NCBI GenBank assembly: GCA_963704635.1
Contig: OY969925.1
Coordinates: 1,136,761 to 1,168,760, forward strand
Direction: 5' to 3'
DNA length: 32,000 nucleotides
From: an uncultured Actinomycetes bacterium
Lineage (GTDB): Bacteria > Actinomycetota > Thermoleophilia > Solirubrobacterales > 70-9
The stretch's first letter is position 1. Every line of letters begins with the position of its first letter. Under the pieces are notes generated by a model. It saw only the letters and a list, made by a program, of their open reading frames with translations, did no database searches and was not told where the DNA came from. Positions 27,853 through 32,000 of the stretch are shown here, piece after piece. The translations under genes were made by a program, and so were the position numbers.

Positions 27853-30800
27853 CGCTCCTCGCCCTCCTCTTCCTGCTCCCAGCGCGGCGCCCGGTCGCGG
27901 CGGCAGATCGGGGCGAAGGTGCACTAGGTGGGGCAGACGTCGTGGCCGCGCAGGCCCTGGCGCGGGCCCGGGTCGCGGCGGATGTCGCCGGTCCGCGATC
28001 CGGGCGACGATCTCGCCGGCGCGGTGGCGGGACTCCTCCAGCAGCTCCTCCAACGCCTCCGGCTCGACCACGTCCTTGGGGTAGAGCCCGTAGCCGGACA
28101 GCTCTCCGGCAGCCTCGGCGGCGACGACGCCCCGCGGGCGGCGCGCTGGAGGTCCCGCGCAGCGGGTGGTAGAGGGCGCCGATCGGCTCTGCCGCCCCAG
28201 TGCTGGGCGACCGCCAGCAGGTAGAGCGGCAGCTGCAGCTTGGCCCGCTCCTCGAACTTCTCCAGCGGGGTCACCTGGGCGGCGAGCTTGTAGTCGATGA
28301 CGACGGCGCGCCCGTCGCCGGAGCGGTCGACCCGGTCGACCGCGCCGTGCAGCCCCCAGCCGCCGAGGTCGAGCACCGGCCGCTCGGCGTCGGGATGCTC
28401 GCCGAAGCGCGCCTCCAGCAGCCAGGGCTCGAAGCCACCGGTGTCGCGCTCGGCCTCCTCGGCGAGGAAGCGCTCCAGCAGGCGCTCGACCCGGCGCGCC
28501 ATCGCCCGCTCGGCCGGGTGGTCGCCGAGTTCGCGCTCGGCGACAGATCTCCTCCAGCAGCTCGGCGGCCGCGCTCGGTCCAGGCGGCAAGCGTGGCCGG
28601 CCGGGGCAGGGGGTCGCCGCCCGGCCGCTCGCCGAAGAGGCGGTCGAGCGCCTCGTGCATCAGGCCGCCCTGGACGAGGGGGTCGGGGACGGGGTCGAGC
28701 AGCTGCGGGTCGAGCTCGTGGCCGGCGAACCAACGGTAGGAGCAGACGTCGAACTCCTCCAGGGTGGTGCCACCGTAGGCAGCGACGGCCGCCAGTGACT
28801 CGAGCGCCGCCGGGTTGGTCAGCGGCCCGGGTGCGCGCGAGGCGGCCTCGGCCCGGCGCGCGTCGTCGATCCGGGTGACGATCCGCGCTTCCATCCTGCC
28901 TCCGACCCCCACCTGGGCCAGCAGGGCCGGCGCGCCGGCGCCGGGACCGTGGGCGGCGAGCGCCCGCGCCAGCTCGTGCTCCGACGGCGCCTCGGCCAGC
29001 GGGGCGACGACCTGGGCCAGGTCGCGGGCGACCGTGATCGCCTCCTCGACCGGGTCGGGGCTCGTGCCGTCCGGCGCCGGCGCCAGCAGCGCCCGCACGT
29101 CGTCGATCAGCGGCGAGCGGGCGGTGGCGCCGCCGTCCTCATCGCTGTCGCGGTAGGAGAGGACGAGGCTGCGGCGGGGGAGGGCGAGGCAGGCGTGGAA
29201 GAGGTAGCGCTCCTCGGCCTCGGTGTCGCGCCGAGGGTCGAGCCCGAGGGTCTCCCGCTGTGCCTCGGAGAGGAAGGGATCGGCGCCGCGGTCGCGGCGG
29301 GGGAACTCGCCGTCCTGCAGCGAAGCCGACGACGACGTGGTCGAAGCGGGCGGCGCGCAGGCGGTAGGGGCTGGCGATCCGGACCCGGCCCTCGACCGGT
29401 CCCGACCAGGCGCGGAAGTCGAGCTCTTCGATCTACCCGCGCCAGCGCCTGTGGCCGGGCGCGAGGTCGCCCAGCTCGCCCAGCTCGGCGAGGTCGGCGA
29501 GGGCGCTGCGGAGATCGCCGCCGCGGCGCGCAGCTCGAGCCCGTCGCCCGGTTGCAGCGCCGGCCCGTTCCTCGCTGTCGCGCAGCGGCCGCGAGGCCAT
29601 CGTCGCCGCCAGCGCCGCGACCTCCGCCGCCAGCTCGGCCGGCGAGCGCTCGGCGGCGGCGCGCAGGCGCAGCAGGTCGCGCGGCGGGTCGCCGTCGTCG
29701 CCCTGCCAGAGCAGCAGCGCGGTTTCGGCGTCGCGCACGCTGCCGCGGCGGACCCGTCGCTCGAACCAGTCGATCGCGGCCGAGGGAGAAGCCGGAGGGT
29801 CCGCGCAGGTAGCGCAGGAAGTCCGCGGCGCGGCGGCCGCCGAACTCGGCCTCCAGCAGGGCGACAGGGCGCCGCCGACGCTGGTCCGCGCCACCGGCAG
29901 CTCCGCCTCCAGCGCGGTCGCGACCCCGTTCGCCTCCAGCGCCGCCTGCGATCTCGGCGCCGCGGCGGGAGGGGTCGCGGAGGGCGACCGCGATCTCGGT
30001 CGGGTCGGCGCCGCCGTGGACGAGGCGGGAGACGCGGGCGGCGATCGCCTCGGCCTCGGCGCGGGTCCCGGCCGAGCGCAGCAGGGTGAGGCCGGCGTCA
30101 GGCGCCACCCGCTCCGGCCGCGGCGCGCAGAAGGACCGTCGAGGTGGAAGAGGAGAGGGCTCTGGGTGTTGCCGGGGGCGGCCTCGGTACGTCTCTTCCG
30201 CCGCCGGTTCCAGCTGCCGCAGCCGTCCGAGCAGCCGCCCCCGCGCCTCCAGTGCCGCGCTGCCCTCCTCGTAGGGGAGGGCGACCGTCACCTCGGCCTG
30301 CCGGCGAGGGCGGCGAGGAGCTCGAACTGGTTCTCGGTCAGGTCGTCGAAGCCGTAGAGGAGGACCGGCCGGTCGCCCCAGAAGGAGCCGTCGCCCCGCA
30401 GCAGGGCGATCGCTTCGCGGGCGATGCCGTGGGCGTCGAGCGGCCGGTTCGCCGCCGCACCTCCTCGTAGCCGCCGTAGAGGGTGGCGAGGTCGCTGAGG
30501 TAGGCGGATCCTTCCAGGGTGGCGGCGCTCGCCTCGACCTCCTCCGGCTCGACCGCGGCCGCCTGCAGCTCGTCGATCAGCCGCTCCAGGGCGCCGGCGA
30601 AGCGGGGCCGGGCGGCGGAGCGGCGCAGCGGCCCGAGCCGGTCCCGGCGCGAGGAGATCGCGACCGCGATCGCGCGCAGCCGCTGCGCCGGGGAGAGCTC
30701 CGCCCCGGGCGGCGCCCCGGCGGCGGTGGCGACGGTGCGGAAGAGGGCTCCGAAGGTCATCGCCGCGCCGCCGAGCAGGGCGCCGTCGCCGCAGAGCTCG

Positions 30801-30934
30801 CGCTCGAACCAGAAGACGTCGTCGACGGTCGGCACGACCAGGATCGGATCGCGCTCGCGGCCGGCGGAGAACTCGCGTCGGACCAGCCCGGCGCGGCCCG
30901 AGTTGGGTGGTCCGTGGATCAGCTTCAGGGGCAC
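27849..30934 (-). pseudogene. addB: AddB-type helicase-nuclease subunit (degenerate P-loop N-terminus, C-terminal PD-(D/E)XK nuclease with Fe-S cysteines), very heavily frame-broken with two in-frame TAG codons
   Basis: Conserved pieces found across frames:
- N-terminus LKLIHGPPNSGRAG.
- PVLLYGFDDLTENQFELL.
- RVRIASPYRLRAARFDHVVV.
- SLQDGEFPRR.
- ERYLFHACLALPRRSLVLSY.
- CSYRWF.
- GAVDRVDR...VVIDYK.
- QLPLYLLA.
- The terminal CPT*CTFAPIC motif.

The pieces are spread over all three minus-strand frames, and manual tracing suggests roughly 15 switches. In-frame TAG codons lie at 29433-29435 and 27924-27926. The stop overlaps the addA ATG (ATGA). Confidence 0.8.
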
Positions 30935-31054
30935 CGGTCCGAGCCTACGCACGCCTCCGGCGCCGCCCGGCGGGCACCGTTCACCACCCCGCAAACTGGG
31001 GGGATAGCGGGCATCTTTTGGCGTCTTAGGCCGCCTCTACCTTGTCCGCAGCTG

Positions 31055-31510
31055 ATGTCAATCTGTTTCGTAGACCCCGCCGACGCAATCCGCGCCATCT
31101 CCGACTCGATCGGACGCGAGGCCCGTCGCCAGCTGCTCGGCGAGGCGGTTCGCGCCTGGGTTGACGAGATCCCCGAGTCCGAGCTCGAAATCCACTACGC
31201 GAAGGCGATCGCCGAGCTCGACGAGCACGACCTCTCGATGCTGGCCGCCTGGCACGGATCCCTGGAGGCCGGCCAGCCGGTCCCCAACCGCGACTTCTTG
31301 ATGGCCGCCTTCAGCAGCCTCGGAGATAACCGCCGCGAGGCGCTCAAGCTCGCCGCCGGCTTCCGCGGCGAGGAGGCGGTCGACTCCGGCGTCACCGAGG
31401 AGGATGCCCTCGAGCTGGTCCTCGGCCTCCTCGGCCCACCCAGACTGATGGAGCTCGCCACCGAGGCACTGGAGCTCTACGTCTGGGACCGGGCCGGCAG
31501 CGACAACTAG
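31055..31510 (+). CDS. acidic helical hypothetical protein
   Basis: The 151-aa ORF from ATG 31055 has strongly GC3-biased codons and is divergent from addB. No Shine-Dalgarno sequence or protein family was recognised. Confidence 0.55.
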   Translation: MSICFVDPADAIRAISDSIGREARRQLLGEAVRAWVDEIPESELEIHYAKAIAELDEHDLSMLAAWHGSLEAGQPVPNRDFLMAAFSSLGDNRREALKLAAGFRGEEAVDSGVTEEDALELVLGLLGPPRLMELATEALELYVWDRAGSDN

Positions 31511-31778
31511 TTGCGTCAAGTTCAAGCGCCGATAGGATGCTTGGCATCCACGTCGGGGAATTAACCCCCACGAGAGTTGTTTCGAGGGTCAGTGGCGTGG
31601 TGATAGTGACGCCGAGTTGTTGAAGGAGCTAGGTGCAGTGCAACCGGTCAGGCGTCGCGGGCACAAGGTTCGGCCTGTCCCGAGCGTGCCGTTGAAGAGT
31701 TGACAGGTTCGCGGTTCGTCTTCAAGACGCATTGCGCTCGATCCGGCAGGGGTGAAGGCCGGTGCGCGCGGAGACGAG

Positions 31779-32000
31779 ATGCGAAGACAGGTACGCGAAC
31801 GCGAGAGGCCCGAACCTTCCGCCGTCTGGCAGACGCTCGCAATCACTTTCGCCGGCTTCAGCTTTGCAGCAGGAATGGGAGCGCTGACGATCGCCGAGAA
31901 CGCCGCAGTTAGTAGCGGGGAACTCTGGATCGGAGCGGCAGGATTTCTGCTTGCGGCAGTTCTCTGTTTCGCCGCCCACCTGGATGTGAACAGAGGACGC
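31779..32000 (+). CDS. partial (5-prime) membrane protein running off the window end
   Basis: ATG 31779 is preceded by GGAG 5 nt upstream, and the frame stays open for 74 codons to the window edge. Two hydrophobic segments are present (VWQTLAITFAGFSFAAGMGALTIA and LWIGAAGFLLAAVLCFAAHL). The ORF is missing from the ORF track because it has no stop in the window. Confidence 0.4.
   Translation, partial: MRRQVRERERPEPSAVWQTLAITFAGFSFAAGMGALTIAENAAVSSGELWIGAAGFLLAAVLCFAAHLDVNRGR

Noticed and set aside
27924-29435. The idea that the two in-frame TAG codons in addB reflect stop-codon reassignment or programmed readthrough.
   Set aside because: TAG terminates many intact genes in the same window: lysA, the 747-aa ORF, the SRPBCC gene, the lipoprotein gene, xseB and the ORF ending at 31510. 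The same gene also has many frameshifts, so disruption or error is the simpler explanation.
31511-31780. A tRNA or tmRNA gene in the low-GC spacer, which would mark an integration site.
   Set aside because: I could not find a T-loop GTTCGAATC-like sequence, an acceptor-stem pairing or a cloverleaf, only isolated short hairpins.

Overview
This is a high-GC chromosomal segment; spot counts of 60-nt lines give about 70-80% GC in the housekeeping genes. Gene content and order look Actinomycetota-like, but no closer taxonomic call is possible from the sequence alone.

Gene order, left to right:
- a low-complexity membrane-anchored protein
- a lysA-hom-thrC-thrB amino-acid operon, interrupted between thrC and thrB by a lower-GC P-loop ATPase gene
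- a small 4-TM protein
- two tandem secreted PD40/TolB-like beta-propeller paralogs, the second frame-broken
- a divergent SnoaL-like / cupin pair
- glutamate synthase large subunit gltB, with three frame changes and no gltD next to it
- a 747-aa lower-GC ORF with no domain I can recognise
- a coiled-coil protein and a zinc-ribbon/FHA protein on the minus strand
- an SRPBCC protein and a lipoprotein
- a class B penicillin-binding protein with one frame break
- a CvpA + trypsin-like (MarP-like) membrane protease
- an HxlR regulator
- xseA (frame-broken) and xseB
- an AddA/AddB-type helicase-nuclease pair, very heavily frame-broken, with two in-frame TAG codons in addB
- an acidic hypothetical protein
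- a low-GC spacer followed by a partial membrane protein running off the window end

I found no rRNA, tRNA, CRISPR array, transposase or integrase.

Observations most worth follow-up:
1. The 747-aa orphan ORF sits where gltD would normally be.
2. The ATPase is inserted precisely into the thr operon behind an AGTACGGT palindrome.
3. There is an approximately 80-bp palindromic repeat family with compensatory arm changes. One copy is intergenic and the other is read through in frame inside the addA nuclease domain.
4. Frame disruptions are strikingly non-uniform. Many genes have none and the xseA-addA-addB block has dozens. I cannot tell from the sequence whether this reflects local sequencing or assembly indel errors or real gene decay.

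I did not recognise a clearly defined new multi-gene system. The candidates above are hypotheses.
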